Source of the DNA: Eledone cirrhosa
Lineage: Eukaryota
DNA: 64,000 bases
Direction of reading: 5' to 3'
Assembly: GCA_964016885.1 (NCBI GenBank)
Contig: OZ024742.1
Coordinates: 57,722,001-57,786,000, forward strand
Positions 1 to 13,428 of this stretch are shown here, one piece after another (position 1 is the first letter of the stretch; each line of letters starts with the position of its first letter). Under the pieces are notes generated by a model. The model saw only the letters and a program-made list of their open reading frames with translations, ran no database searches and was not told where the DNA came from. Both the position numbers and the translations under genes were made by a program.

Positions 1-1883
1 ATCTAAAAAGATTTTACATAAGGAAAGCCTTTCCATCCAACAATGGATGTCACAACAAACAAAGAAAGCAATATCTGAAAAACATAGAATCAGAAGAGAA
101 TGTGGCCACACATCAGCCCAATATAGAATAGCAAAGGCTGAATAAAATAAACTTGTTAAATCAGACAAACTTAAACAAATGTACAACATCAAGGAGCTGA
201 ATAACCTACCACCCAACAGGTTATATCATGCTGTTCTGAAGAAACTAAAGACTAAACCAAGAAATCTTAGCTGGGGCATTAAAAATTCAAATGATATTAT
301 CCTTACTTCCAAAGATGATATCCTTGAATGCTGGGCTAAATTCTATGAAGAACTGTACTTCTGCAACTCAGAACAAACAACCATCTATCTTGGCTAGTGA
401 GATATCTCATGCCATCAAAAATTTGAAGTGAGGAAAAAGCCCTGGACTGGACAACATATACACAGAATTCATCAAAGCTGGAGATGAACCAATTATCAAA
501 GCACTTCAACATCGCTTTAACTGTATTATCACTACAGGAAAAAGCCCAGACATGATAGTAGTACTCTACAAAAAAGGTAGCAGACTTGATTGTGGGAACT
601 ATCGTCCTATCAGCTTACTGGGTCACGTTTACAAGCTTTTCATGAGTACCACTGCAGCATGAGTGAAGTCAGACCTTTACGCCTCATTTCCTGAAACACA
701 AGCCGCATATCAACCTGGAAGAGGCACCATTGAGCAGATCCTAGCTATTGAACAAATCAATAGAATTCAACAACCCTGTGCACATCACCTTCATTGATTT
801 CACAAAAGCTTTTGACAACGTGAAACTACCCAGCTTGTGGCAACTCTTAAACAAGACCTCAATTAACAAATACATCAACCTATTGAAAGAAACTTACACC
901 AACTCAACAGCATATATCAAAACAGACTTGGGAACTACATGCTGTATAGACATCTTGAAGGGAGTTAAACAAGGGGATGTACTATCAGCACTTCTTTTCT
1001 GTATAGTTATAGCTGCACTTATCTACCAAACTGAAGAAGGATGCTCCTCTGGCTATCAAATAAGGGGTAAAATCCTATTAAATCTTAGCTATGCAGACGA
1101 TCTGGCCATCATGAGTTACTCTAGAACTAATCTGCAAAACTTTCTGAATGTACTGACCAAATATTCGCTAGAGGCTTACACATCAACATCTCCAAAACAA
1201 AATGTATGACAACTGATAAAAACAATGCCAATCTCTAACTCACAATCTACAACCAGCAAATTGCTCAAGTTATGGAGTTAGTATATCTCAGTCACAAACT
1301 ATCATCAAACAACAATGGAATGGTTGCTGCACAATATCGAATAGCTCTAGGTTGGGCAGCTTTCAACAAGAACAAGGAAGTACTAACATCAAAACAAGTT
1401 ACCTATCATTTGCAGGCTAATATCTTTGATACTTACATCCTACCAGTTCTGTTATATAGTCTTGACTGTGTTAATTGGACGACAAGGTCACTTCAGAAGC
1501 TCTCTACATTCCAGAACCACATCATGAGAGTTATGACTGGCAAGCGGCTCAGTGACCGTATCTGTATCAGTGAGCGGCTCAACATTACCAAACTTAGACC
1601 AATTACATCAATTGTCAAGTCAAGAGTACTCAAACTATATGACCATAAAAAAAGATCAACTCGTGGTGTGAGTAGGTTATACCTGGAAGGAAGGTTGGCT
1701 GATAAGAGAAGCAGAGGCCAGCAGACAAAACGATGGCTTAACAATGTCAACTTATGGACTGGACTTGACCTTTGCTCTTTGAACTCTGCTGTTGGTGATC
1801 AAACTTTGTGGAGAGAGATATCACATGTTAATGCGCGGTCTGCAACTGGCAGAGTTTAGCGTCACAAAAAAAAACAAAAAAAA
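1..1883 (+). mobile_element. Decayed RTE/RTE-X-like LINE (RT and 3' end), runs off the left edge
   Basis: Frameshifted ORFs 179-397, 748-1209, 1272-1859 with FIDFTKAFD, KGVKQGDVLS, LSYADD and RSRGQQTKRW motifs; A-rich tail 1865-1883. Confidence 0.85.
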
Positions 1884-1888
1884 CGTAC

Positions 1889-2000
1889 CTGTTATATTGT
1901 AAAAGAAATGCATCATCAACAACTAAACTAACAAATGTTGGCTTCTGAAGAATCGCAACAGTAACAAAAGGTAGTGGTTCAGCTACAAGTTCCAAATATC
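1889..2000 (-). CDS. CTC1: CTC1-like exon (GYLELVAEPLPFVTVAILQKPTFVSLVVDDAFLLQYNR); gene continues left of the window
   Basis: ttttcag acceptor, gtacgt donor, phase 1 in / phase 2 out, in frame with the previous exon; resembles human CTC1 GHLELWDAPVPV as recalled. Confidence 0.7.
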
Positions 2001-2815
2001 CTGAAAATAATTATGGAAGGAAGTAGAAGAAAGGGAAGACGAAGAAAGACATGGCTAAATATGAAGGAGGAAATGAAAATTAGGGGGTTGGTGAGGGAAG
2101 ATGCAGATGATTTAGAAGCTTGTCATTAGACTCACAAGGTTAACCCCTGGTTTAGCTAGGAAGGTGGCCTTAAAATGCTTGTTGTTGTATCTCAATATCT
2201 TCAGACAGATGACCTGGTTCAAATGATTGCAATAGAATAGACAGTTAAAAACATCCAATGGTCAAGAAGTGGTCTGTTAAACCAAATAAATGGACCTCCA
2301 TCAGTTTCAACGATGAGTGTTCCAGTTCTTCAGTCAACAGAATAATATCCTGCTCATGAATTAATGTGTAAGTGGCAGAGCATTCCACAGACCCATGTAC
2401 TCTTAACATAATTCTCTGGGAGATTCAGAATGACACAGTATGTGACAAAGCTGACAATTTGAAATACAGGTACAGTCTACCTTGTATTGTAGTTTAAGTG
2501 GCTGAGCATTCCACAGACATGTTCATCCTGACATAATTCTCATAGAATTAACATGATACTAAACTAACTGAAGGATTAAGTTGAATTAGGTTATCTAACA
2601 GTTTCCATCTACTAAATAAGGCTTTGGTGAATCTGAGGCTTTGATAGCTAGCAGACTTTTGCCAAAAGTGCCCTGCAGTGAGGTTGAACCCTAACCCAAG
2701 TAACTGTGAAGCAAGCCTCTTAACCACACGACTATTATGTCCATAAGACTAATAGCAACATGTAGGTGAAAAAATAAAAATATATTTTAAGAAAATATTG
2801 AAGCCAGAACTTTAC

Positions 2816-2909
2816 CAGATTTTGTAGAAGTGTAAATAACATTAAGCTCAGTAACCAAGATCCACTTATCCACCAAACTACACAGTCTGTTGCAGATAGA
2901 GATGTTTAG
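2816..2909 (-). CDS. CTC1: CTC1-like exon (LNISICNRLCSLVDKWILVTELNVIYTSTKS)
   Basis: acttcag acceptor, gtaaag donor, 94 nt, phase 0 in / phase 1 out, bridges both neighbouring exons in frame. Confidence 0.7.
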
Positions 2910-3375
2910 CTGAAGTAAATAAAAATATAAAACAGGAATTACACATCAGCATCATCATCATTTTACATCCACTTTCTATGCTAGATTATGTTGGAAGGGT
3001 TATCATGGTATGTGACCAGACAGGTCGAAGTGACTTCATCTTGAGCATACATTCCATATTTGGCATGGTTTCTATGAATGGATATTCTTTCTTACTAATG
3101 TCAACTGCCTTACAGGGTGTATTTTTTCATGGCACTACCTCTACCACTGTATAGGGGGTATTGGGTGTGTTTTTACATGACACCAGCACTATTATTTTAC
3201 AGAGTACACTAGCAGCCTTTTTTCAAGACACCTGTTCTATCAATTCACAGAGGGCACTGGGTGCATGTTTTTGTAACACCAGCACTACCACATTATACCA
3301 CAAAAGTTAAAAAACACAAAAATGTAAAAATAATACAAGACTGACAATGATAACAAAATAATGTTAAAATCTTAC

Positions 3376-3777
3376 TTGACAAGGAATTTGAGAAGTTGAA
3401 TCTTGCAGATGGAGTAAGGTGGAAGTAGAAATACTATGTGATGATGGAATTTGATTTTGAGAGGACAACAATCCCAAAAGGATCAACTTTTTTAGTGGTA
3501 AACATTCAGAATTTGTGTCATGATCTTTATCTATAAGATGTAACGAACTCTCTTCATTCTCAAACTGGTTTAAAGGAAGAACCAGTTTGTAATGGTAACC
3601 GTGTTGATCAAAAAGCTCACTAAGACAAACAAATTGCAAGGTTAAAAGCTTTTCAGGACCAATGCAATCATGTAATGTCTGTAATATCTCTGGAGCCGGT
3701 GGGAGTTGGTAGCAATCATTAGAAATAGGGTTGATTCTGTCATAATGTTTCAGGAATCTTTCCAAGAACTGTTGGCC
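3376..3777 (-). CDS. CTC1: CST complex subunit CTC1-like N-terminal exon (134 codons)
   Basis: tttcag/gtaaga splice sites; LQFVCLSEL, LPLKKLILLGLL and LHLQDSTSQIPCQ match recalled human CTC1 YSFVSVQDL, LPREQLLLLGTL and LYVRDNTGVLSCE. Confidence 0.75.
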
Positions 3778-4169
3778 CTGAAAGATAAAAAACAAAAAAT
3801 TAAGAAAAACAAACTGATTCTTCTTTCTGTATTCTATACTTTGTAGGAAAAAATTGTGTGGAAAACTGTCATATGTGCATCATCATCAAAATTTTCCATA
3901 TTTGGAGATACTGTCCTCCTCGAGGGGTCAAAAGGACCATGTTGCATTCATATGCCTTTCTTAATGCCCCTAATTTTACAGGCTGTGCTCAGTTCATTTA
4001 TATCATGGCATTGGCTCTAAAGAGGCTGCCTAGTCTTCAACAAGACTGATGACTCTTCTCTACTCTGTGTCCAAGAGAATGAATAAAAGAGGTCATGAAA
4101 AGAACATAAACAGGGTGAGAGGTGACAGAAGAAAGTGTAAAAATGGAGAAACTGAGTGATAGTCAGAAG

Positions 4170-4620
4170 ATAATCATCGTCATCACGTTCCTGTAACTGG
4201 TGCTGTCAGTTGTTGGGGTGCCACTCAAGATGCTTTTGCAGTCAGTCATCGCCATAGGTCTCTAGTTTCCATCATGCATAGAAGTGTCTTGGAGTTGTGA
4301 CTAGTTCAGTCTTTAATGTTGTCAAACCAGAATTTTCTTTGTCTGCCTTTTCTTCGCCCTCCTTCAACTGTGTCCTGAAGGATGGTTTTGGACAAGGAGT
4401 TGTGGCAGGATACATGACCATATCAGGCAAGCTTCCATCTTTTCAGCATTGCAACATATATGTCTGCCAACATATTAGTTAACTTGCTGTCTGACTTTGA
4501 TACTTTTGTATGGGTATGAGAGTTGGACATGGAATGAAGAAACTAGTCATTTGTGCACAAGTGCTTCAGAAGCTTGCGACATATCCCATATACGAAGCAC
4601 AAAACAGCTTTGTCAGACAG
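4170..4620 (-). mobile_element. Degenerate RTE (BovB-like) LINE 3' fragment
   Basis: Minus strand encodes a decayed RTE C-terminus (kLawyGHV...KTILQ.TVEGgRrkGrqRK-like); (gat)-like tail near 4172-4185. Confidence 0.55.
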
Positions 4621-5140
4621 GAGATAACAGAGAGAGTGTAGTGGAAGAAAATCACTGTTAGGCAGCTATATGTTGTTTGTTGGTAAAGGTATTGAAGAAA
4701 AAAATAGAATGAGGTGGAGACTGGGTGATGAAAAAGAAGGGAAGATGGATGAAGCCAAACAAAATATATTTATACACTAAATGTATATTGTAAAGTTATA
4801 TTTGTTTATATACAGAGTGGGTAACCAACTGAGATTGCACCAGTGTATATAAATATACACATTGTTAACATGTAGACATGTAAACATGCCAGAAAATATG
4901 AATTGCCTTATAAATTGAAAAAAATACTTTTAAATACTTTCAAACAATTGTTCGACCTAGTTGGGTCCTCATCAGGTGTGTATACCATCTTAACTATGAA
5001 CATGAGTACTAATTATATACAAATAAGTATGTCCATTTCAGAATACTACTAAGAGAGAATGGGTATATAAGCCCATTAATTGTTTTCTTGTGGTTATTTA
5101 GATGATATACACACCTTATATTAGATATATATATATATAT

Positions 5141-7536
5141 GTCAAGGAAAACCATGATATTGTCGGGGAGAAGTGTGTCCATAATGATGATGGTGTACTT
5201 TCCCTCACTGATACTGATAAGAAGGTAGCTTGGAAGTGTCACTACGAGAGACTACTAAATGAGGAGAATAAATACCCCAAATCAATCCAATAGAGGGACC
5301 AGCGGTGCAGGTTAAAGGTAGTATAATAAGTAAGATAATCAAAGATATGAAGACAGGCAAGGCAGCTGGGCCTTCGGAGATAGTTGCTGAGATGTTGAAA
5401 GCATCTGGAATGGTGGGACATACTATGGTCACCCGGATAGTAAAGCAAATAATACAGAATGGGGTCATACCAAATGACTGGCGTAGCAGCAGTATCATTA
5501 GCTGCTACAAGAGTAAAGGAGATGCTCTAGATAGGGGAAACTATAGAGGCATTAAGTTAGTTGACCAGATCATGAAGGTCACAGAAAGAATTATAGCACA
5601 ACTAATCAGAGATCGAATTGATCTAGATAAAAAGCAGTTTGGGTTTGTGTCAGGTAAAAGTACCACAGACGCTCTTTTCCTTGTACGATAACTACAGGAG
5701 AAGTACCTAGCTAAAAGTAAACCCCTCTACTTTGCTTTTGTTGACTTGGGGAAAGCCTTTGACAGAGTCCCCCGCTCCATTATCTGGTGGGTTCTTAGAA
5801 AACTAGGTGTAGATGAATGGCTTGTGAGAGCTATACAAGCCATGTATAAAGAAACAGTCAGCAAGGTTAGAATTAACAATGAATATAATGAAGAATTTAG
5901 CATAAAAGTTGGTGTTCATCAAGGCTCTGTCCTTAGCCCCCTCCTATTTGTTATTGCCCTTCAGGCTATAACAGAGGAGTTTAAGACTGGCTGCCCATGG
6001 GAACTTCTATACGCAGATCTAACTCTCATAGCTGAATCTAGAGAAGAAATCTCTATGGCTGAACTAGAGAAGAAATTCCAAACATGGAACCATGGCCTAG
6101 AATCAAAAGGCCTTAAAGTTAACTTGTTTAAGACTAAAGTTCTAGTATGTAGAAAGGAAAATAGGACACAGGTGCCCTCTGGGAAATAGCTCAGTGTGTA
6201 GGAAAGGAATAGGCAGAAATTTCATTTTATGTCTCAAATGCAAAGTATGGGTACATAAAAGATGTAGTGGGATCACAGGTAAGCTATCTAAGAACGTAGA
6301 TTTTATATGTGGCCGATGCTCAGGTGCAATAAGTAGCAAGTGTCCACAGGATACTAGTTCCTTCCATTACCCAGATAGTTCTATAGAAATAGTGGACACT
6401 ATCTGTTACCTGGGTGACAAAATCAGCAGTGGTGAAGGGTGCTCTGAAACTACAGTAGCCAGAGTCAGAACGGGATGGAAAAAATTCAGAGAGCTTGTAC
6501 TGCTGTTGGCCACAAAAGGTTTCTCTCTAAAAATGAAAGGCAGATTGTATGATGGCTGTATACGAACAGCAATGTTACCTGGCAGTGATACATGGGGATT
6601 GTGCAGAGGGCCTGCGCAGACTGGAAAAGAACGAAACATGCATGCTCCATTGGATGTGTAATAGTAATATATGCGAACGGCAAAACATAAATGAACTAAG
6701 TGAGAAATTAGGAATAAGAGGAATCAGATGCTGTTTACTTGAGAGAAGACTACGTTGGTATGGTCACGTGATGCGCATGAAAGATGACAGCTGTATAAAA
6801 AAGTGCAGGGCGATCAAAATTGATGGAAGTTACGGAGTAGGTAGACCCAGAAAAACCTGGGACGATTTGATAAATTCCGACCTTACACACTTGCACCTCT
6901 CTAAGACAATGTCACTGGACCAAGATCTTTGGCGCCACACAGTAATGCCTTGCCTATGTACAAAGCGAAACCTACATTCAGTAGGCACCTCTTAACCAAA
7001 TATACACCCCAACCCACTACCCCTCCTGCATCCTCCCACTCCCACCAACACCACCCTTTCTCTGTAAAGTTATGGTACCACAACATCCAGTCCAAACTAA
7101 TGTGGCCATGTAGATAACACGGTAAAAAGCTCCCAGTCTACACTATGGTTGATGTTAGGAAGGGCATCCAGCTGTAGAAAACCTGCCAGATAGTCTTATA
7201 CGAGCGAGACACGGTCACCCGACCAATCTTGCCTCAACCCCTACACCTCATACCTCCCTCCCACTTCTGCCCACACCACCCTTACTCTGTAAAATTATGT
7301 TGGTACCACAAAACATCCAATCCACACTGTAAAGTGGTCATGTAGGAGACATGACAAAAAGCACCCAGCACATACTGTAAATGTGGTTGGCGTTAGGAAG
7401 GGCATCCAGCCATAGAAAACCAGCCAGAAACAGTCCTATACAATCAAAACATGGTCACCCGACCAAACTTGCCTCAAATAGGACAAACCTGTCTAACCCA
7501 TGCTAGCGTGGAAGATGGATGTGAAATGATGACGAT
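5141..7536 (+). mobile_element. 5'-truncated RTE LINE with PHD finger, disrupted
   Basis: ORF pieces 5305-6995 (GKAAGPS, NYRGIKL, KAFDRVP, GVHQGSVLSP, LLYAD, C4HC3 motif, GRPRKTW); 3' UTR ending in a (gat)n tail. Confidence 0.92.
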
Positions 7537-7699
7537 ACATGCAAACAATGAATCAATCTATTATTATTAATTAATAATTATTCACATAGTATATAAATTC
7601 ACATGCATATCACCAGGAGAATGGTAGAAAGATTTCATCCAACAAAACACATTGCTAGATATTGAACTAGATGGATTCTTTGTTGCCAACCATTGTTGT

Positions 7700-7822
7700 G
7701 TGTTCATTACTCGAGATACCGCTCATGAACCGAGATTTTTTAGGTTTGGAAAAATTATTGGAAAAATTATTCATGAACCGATTTATTTGTGATAAGAGGA
7801 GTTTATGACTGAGGTTCCACTG
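7700..7822. mobile_element. pogo/Tigger-like DNA transposon (MITE) end
   Basis: Terminal GAGGTTCCACTG followed by TA, with sub-terminal repeated tcatgaaccga; other end not identified. Confidence 0.4.
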
Positions 7823-8894
7823 TATTAGTATATAAATGATTTATATATTAGTATATAAGCATAATTTATATATTAGTTTATAAACATGCTTTGTATATTA
7901 GCATGTATACACAATTTATATATTAGTAGATAGTACCAATTATAGCGAGTCTGGTGCTAGGATGGATGGTGGTGTTGTGGTGTGTGTACTCACTTGAGGA
8001 TTGCTCAGTGATGTGGTTACTGTTGTGTGGAGTGTAGGTGAAGAAAGATTGATGTGCTTGACACTGTGTGACCAGAGATTGCGAGTGTGCAACTAAGTAA
8101 TAGTTTCATTATGATGATGATGATGTGATTTCTTAGGTAAGTGATTTACCCTGATCACATAAAGGTAATGAAATATATGAATCACAATAACACAAAGCTT
8201 TGTTACTAACTTATTAAATATAACTTTCATCAAAGTATACAACAATACACGAACAAATAACCATGGTTGAATTCTGTGATGTTATGTATCAGGTATGATG
8301 TATATGCATATTTGCCTTAAAAAGGCATTTTTTAAAATGTATTTACCAAACTTCTGTTGATGGGATGAATTTTGCTGGCCTGGCCGAAGGAGAGACCAAG
8401 AGAGAGAGGGCGGGCAAAGAGAGAGACCATCTTAGCTAAATTTTGATTTAAATAGTATCATTTTTTTTTGCTGACTATTAATTTTATTTTCATTTCTTTG
8501 CAGTCTTATTTCCATTTTGGTGATGTTACTGGATTTAGTCCTTGTCATGTAGAGGGCTCAATCACATCTATGCTGCTATCAATAGGTTTTTTCAGGTGAA
8601 AGGGAAATAGTAAAAGCAAGATTATAAGAGAATTTAGTAAGTATTATAAGCGATAATAGGGTAGATTTATAGAATACCTCCCCTCGAATTCAGTTACGAA
8701 ACAAATTTTTCCCTATTTTTTTTGATAGCACATACAAAAAAAAACGAGGAAACAAATTTGTTACTGAAATCAAGGGAGGTCGTTCGTCTATAATACCATA
8801 AATAGTCATTCTGTTAACTTCAGCTTATGTCTTTGCTTTCTGGGCTGTAGAACTTTATTTTGTGTAAATATTTCAATTATTGAAAATCTTTTAT

Positions 8895-11760
8895 TCTGTT
8901 GTATAAATAAAATACAATGATATAATGGTTACAGAATGAAAACACAAACACATAATATATATAAAGCAGGTTATACATCTAGGACCACATACAACAAAAG
9001 GGAGCAAAAGAGGTGGGAAAATGAACCACTACCAGAGCAAAAGATAACAGTATCGCGAGGAGCACTGGCGATATTTGCCCAGGCCAAAGCTCTCTTGATG
9101 ACAAGATTTAACTCCATGTGATGCATGAAGCAACCGGCAAGAAGGCAGCAAGAAGGCCTGTGGAGTCGAGGAGTTTGCCACACCGACATCTCAGACCCGT
9201 ACAGATGTCAGCTCCCACTCTGTGGGCAATGGAGACACGAAGTTCGTCCAAGCTGAATAGGCCACCATTAGCCATGAGTAGAGCATCAACCCAGTCGCCT
9301 GAGTATTTGGCGCTGGCAGACAGTAAGCGGCACCTTGAAAACTGATCTGGCTGGTCGAAAAAGGGAGTCAAAGGTGGCCCTCAAATGTATGCTGTCCCAA
9401 GCTCTCTGACTTCGTCTGTCTTTCACCTTGTCATGAACAGACAAGCCCAACTCACTCCATCGTAGGAGAGCTTCATCTAAATCCCTGTTGGAACTAGTCC
9501 ATGTTGGAGAAGAGAGGATGTTGCTCACCAGGACAAAGCAAGCGTGGATGGAGGAAAGAAAGCAAAGGAGAGAGCAGGGCGAACATTTACAAAGACCAAG
9601 ACCCCCAAATCACTTGGGCAATGCAGCCTGATCACAGGACTCTGGAGAGAGTCTGACATTGACCAAGCACTTGAGTTTGAGGCATGACGGAAATCTATGA
9701 GATGGGATGAACCTGAACATATATAGAAGCTTTGGAATGAAAAGGTAGTTTCTGAGTATGAAAAAATGTTGATGGGGTGAAATTGCCTGAATATTCTTCA
9801 ACAATTGCTCAAGGCCAACCATCTTCGATTGAAAGATTGACTCAAAGACAAAGTTTGTAACTGAGGCTCGTAATGAGCACCAAGCCGACAGGGAAGAGAA
9901 GGACTATACAAACAGGTCAATTGTCTGTTGATGTTGAGAAGCTGGGTGGTTGAGGATCCAGAGCGCACATTTGGAGCTATTGACCTGGAGACCTCAATGG
10001 CAAGCTCCTCAACCATTTCATTAGTAGTGGCAAGAACCCTATCCAGAGGTCCCTCCATACAAGCGTCATTGAGATACCAGACATTGAGGTCCAACTCAAC
10101 TATCTTGGTGATGTCATCAATGCCCAATGCAAACAGAGCGAGCCCAAGTGAGTCACCCTGTTGGACTCCTGAGGCAGGGATAAGCCTGCCAAGCAAAGTG
10201 GTAGAGTTGTGAGACCTTCTCTCTTCCTGAGCTGAGATGATATTGTAGCTGACGGAGTTGAACGCATTCTTGAGGTCATGTTTGAGGATGACCCTGCGGG
10301 AGAGGGTAAAGGCTCTGGTAGCGTGGGCAGCTACTCACATCCCAGCTTGGTACCACCCATAGCTGGATGGGGGAAAATTCCTTCTATCAGAGACCGATAG
10401 CAAGCACCTTTGCAGTGAGATGGTGAAGGGTACAACCAACCACAATGGGGCACAGATCTCCGTTGGGCTTAGTGAGACCGAATAATTTTGCATTGAAGAA
10501 CAGTGGGCAGATATAGAGGAGAACGTTCACTGAAGAGAAGTGATTCACAAACTGAGTCAGACTCTCCAAGAGCTTGAGTCCGGCATCACCGGTTGATAAG
10601 TAGATACTGTCCTTGAGGTGCTGTAGTTGAAGACCGTCAATCCCTGCACCTGAATCAGCAGGGAAGGATGTAACCACCTTTCTGATGTTATCAGTGGTGT
10701 AGATTGGTCTTGAGTATTCTAGTGGTTCAGGCCAGTGTAACTGATCATCTGGGGTTATCAATGGGTGCTTCTCTTTCAGTCGCTCAAGATAATCAGAGTT
10801 ACACGGAGCGGGGGAAGACAGAGAAGAGACGGACAGCCCCTTTAATGTCAAATTTGCTGAATTTGGCATTAACATGCTTGAGGTTTATTGGTTGCCTGTT
10901 GGTAGGCACCCAGCTCCATTTCAAACCGAGGTGAGAAGTGGTTGGGGTGGATTCAAACAGCTGGAACTGTTGCTTGAGAGAAGACGTGAGGGAGCCAGAT
11001 TTCGCATTGTGCACATGAAATGACATGAGAGGGAACAAAAGCAGTTTCTGCTAGTCAGACGTATTGTTGGATAAACAAATATTTTTTCAACAGATTGGAG
11101 AGGGCATGTACAAAGTTATTCCGAGCTCCCTTAGAGATCCATTTGATCAGCTTCGATTTGGATAAACCCTGGAGGGCTGCAGCCAAGTCCTCAGTAGAGA
11201 ACTGGTTATCGAAGCGTGAGACATCTCCACGGAGTACGTCGGAGCTACAGTGGCACTGGTTACAGGTCCAGTATTGAAGTCTTTCGGCTTGATGCCGATG
11301 CACTCCTGTGGTAGCTTTGGCAACACAGGTGACATTTGATTGTCTTTAGGAACCGGCTAGTGCAGGCACAGAGAGCACAATCAGGTGGTTAGCTGGTAGC
11401 GACCGACGGTGGAGGGCCAGCTTTGGGAATTCGGGTGAGGGAGTGAACTAGTAAAAGAGGCAGGGTAAGCAACATTGGTTCTAACGGTGGGACTAGAACA
11501 GAGGTTGGGTGGTGCTAACAGTAGTGGGCGTGGTGGGGTTGGACAGGGTTAATTCCGTTCGGAACCAGAGGTGGAGAGGAGGGGGGATTGGTGGAGACAA
11601 GTTAGTTCCTCTCGTGCGTGCCAAAATTGGTGGAGAATGAGAGGTCGAAGGCTGACCTGTTGTCACATAGTCGTTCCACCATGCAGGTCTCTTGGTCATT
11701 CGACGCATGCCTCCGTCATCGAGAGAGGATTAGGTTAAAGTGGTGGCAACTTTATTAATC
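8895..11760 (-). mobile_element. Decayed CRE/NeSL-type (RLE) non-LTR retrotransposon in CTC1 intron 1
   Basis: Fragments SFPADSGAGIDGL, KPNGDLCPIVVG, GVQQGDSLGLALFALGI..VWYLND, SGDWVDAL and CRCG zinc knuckle; many frameshifts; RLE part appears deleted. Confidence 0.8.
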
Positions 11761-13310
11761 GGCAATCACCAGAGATAGTTCGATCAGGCTACTAACGGGT
11801 CGAGCGAAGGCGTAGGTAAGCTGTGCGTAAGGACGAAGTAAGGGGTAAGCTGAAGAAATAATAAAAAGTGGAAACGGGGGCAGGAAGAGGAAAACATACA
11901 GGGGGGTGAGTGCGGGGAAATGTGTGTGGTCTTGTGAAAGGCAGGTAAATACAGTGGAAGAGAAAGAAAAACATTAGAAGCGGGGGAGCCGTGAGGGTTT
12001 TTTTCTCCATTATTGAAAAGAGGAGAAAGAAGACAAGTGGGCAATGTGTGATTGTGTAATATACCACATGGGTGAATCCGCAGTAAAATTCAAAGGCTGT
12101 GAGTTTGTGTAAGATTCCACATGGGTAAATCCACAGAAAAATATTTTTTTTTAAATGTGCGATTGTGTAATATTTCACATGGGTGAATCCGCAGTAAATT
12201 CAAAAAATATTAAAGCATAACAAAAATAGAGAGGTGATATTGAAATATGAGGGAGATGGAGATTGACACTGAGAAAAAAAGAAAAAAAGAATTACGAGGA
12301 GTACCAAATACGGGGAAATGTGTGTGAGATGTTGAGATGGATGGTGTGTGAGTATTAAAATAGTAAATTCTATAGAGGTGCAAGAATAGGACAGTGAGAT
12401 ATCGAAGAGAAGTTGGAATTGAGAAAAGAATTTTGAAATTAACTGAAGATAGTGGATGAAGTTTTTGTTTGTTTGTTTTTAACAAAAACGATGAGAAAGC
12501 AAAAAGTGTTGATTAATTGACCGTGTAGTTAAGAGGTCGTAGACATAAAAGAGCGATTTCTATTTTAGTTAGGTGTCGTGTTGGTTGTGAACAAGCTAAG
12601 CTGTTGGCCGATGCGTTGAACAAGTGATGTCGCTGAAAAACGAACAGGGCTACGATAGTGATGCTTCTGTGGTTTCGTATTTGAACACGGGCAAGATGAT
12701 CTATAATATGAACTAAATTGTGGAGAAATTCATTCAATCCCTACGGTCTGATCCTTAGTCTGAATTATATCCACTTATATAGGTTTGACTTTTCAAAGAC
12801 TATCGGATCGCTGCTCAAACTTGGGGCTTCGAAAACTAACTCATTGCGTTAACAAATATTTGATGAGAATCTTCATCGACAAAAATTTTGAAGAAACAAG
12901 GCAATAGATCTGTTTTTGTTTGTTTGTTTTTATATTAATTTTTCTGTGTTTTCTTTTGCTTGTAAATGCAACCTGCGTCTTGTAAGAGTGGTTGAGTTAC
13001 TGCAGTGTTAAGGCTTCCGTGTGTGGAAGCCAGGTTAACAAAGCAGAAAAAAAGAAAATAGAATTAGATGAATAGAAGAGTATTTAATATAACTATAAAA
13101 TATCTATTAGCTAAAACCTCTAAATGTCATTTTACTTTGAATATCTACATACGAGACTCATATATTTATTACACATAAACATGGTGTAGGCTTTCACATA
13201 CCCCGCTATATTCTACAAATATGTTTACATAAAGCACCGAAATAAAACTATATGTTCTACTTAAATATATAATGTTTCAAATAACAAACCAATAATTACG
13301 AACCACTTAC

Positions 13311-13355
13311 TTCAAAAGATTTACCCAGGTCAGTTTTATTCAAAAGAGACTCCAT
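13311..13355 (-). CDS. CTC1: Candidate CTC1 first coding exon (MESLLNKTDLGKSFE)
   Basis: gacATGG start context, 15 codons, canonical GTAAGT donor, phase 0 matching the acceptor at 3777; unique non-repeat surroundings. Confidence 0.5.
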
Positions 13356-13428
13356 GTCAGGTGTATGTTTACTGGTATTTTAAATAAGGAAAAATGTTAT
13401 TCAAAAGTTTGTTTTCACTTCTATTATA

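Noticed and set aside
4940-4980. Minus-strand CTGATGA-GGACC..GGTC-GAAC hammerhead-like motif
   Set aside because: GAAA is broken and stem I does not pair; at best a dead relic
8347-8430. Alternative CTC1 first exon (MVSLFARPLSLG...RSL|gtaaat, minus strand, phase 0)
   Set aside because: Built on CT-rich low-complexity sequence with a weaker donor; 13311-13355 has better start, donor and promoter context, though this one is not formally excluded
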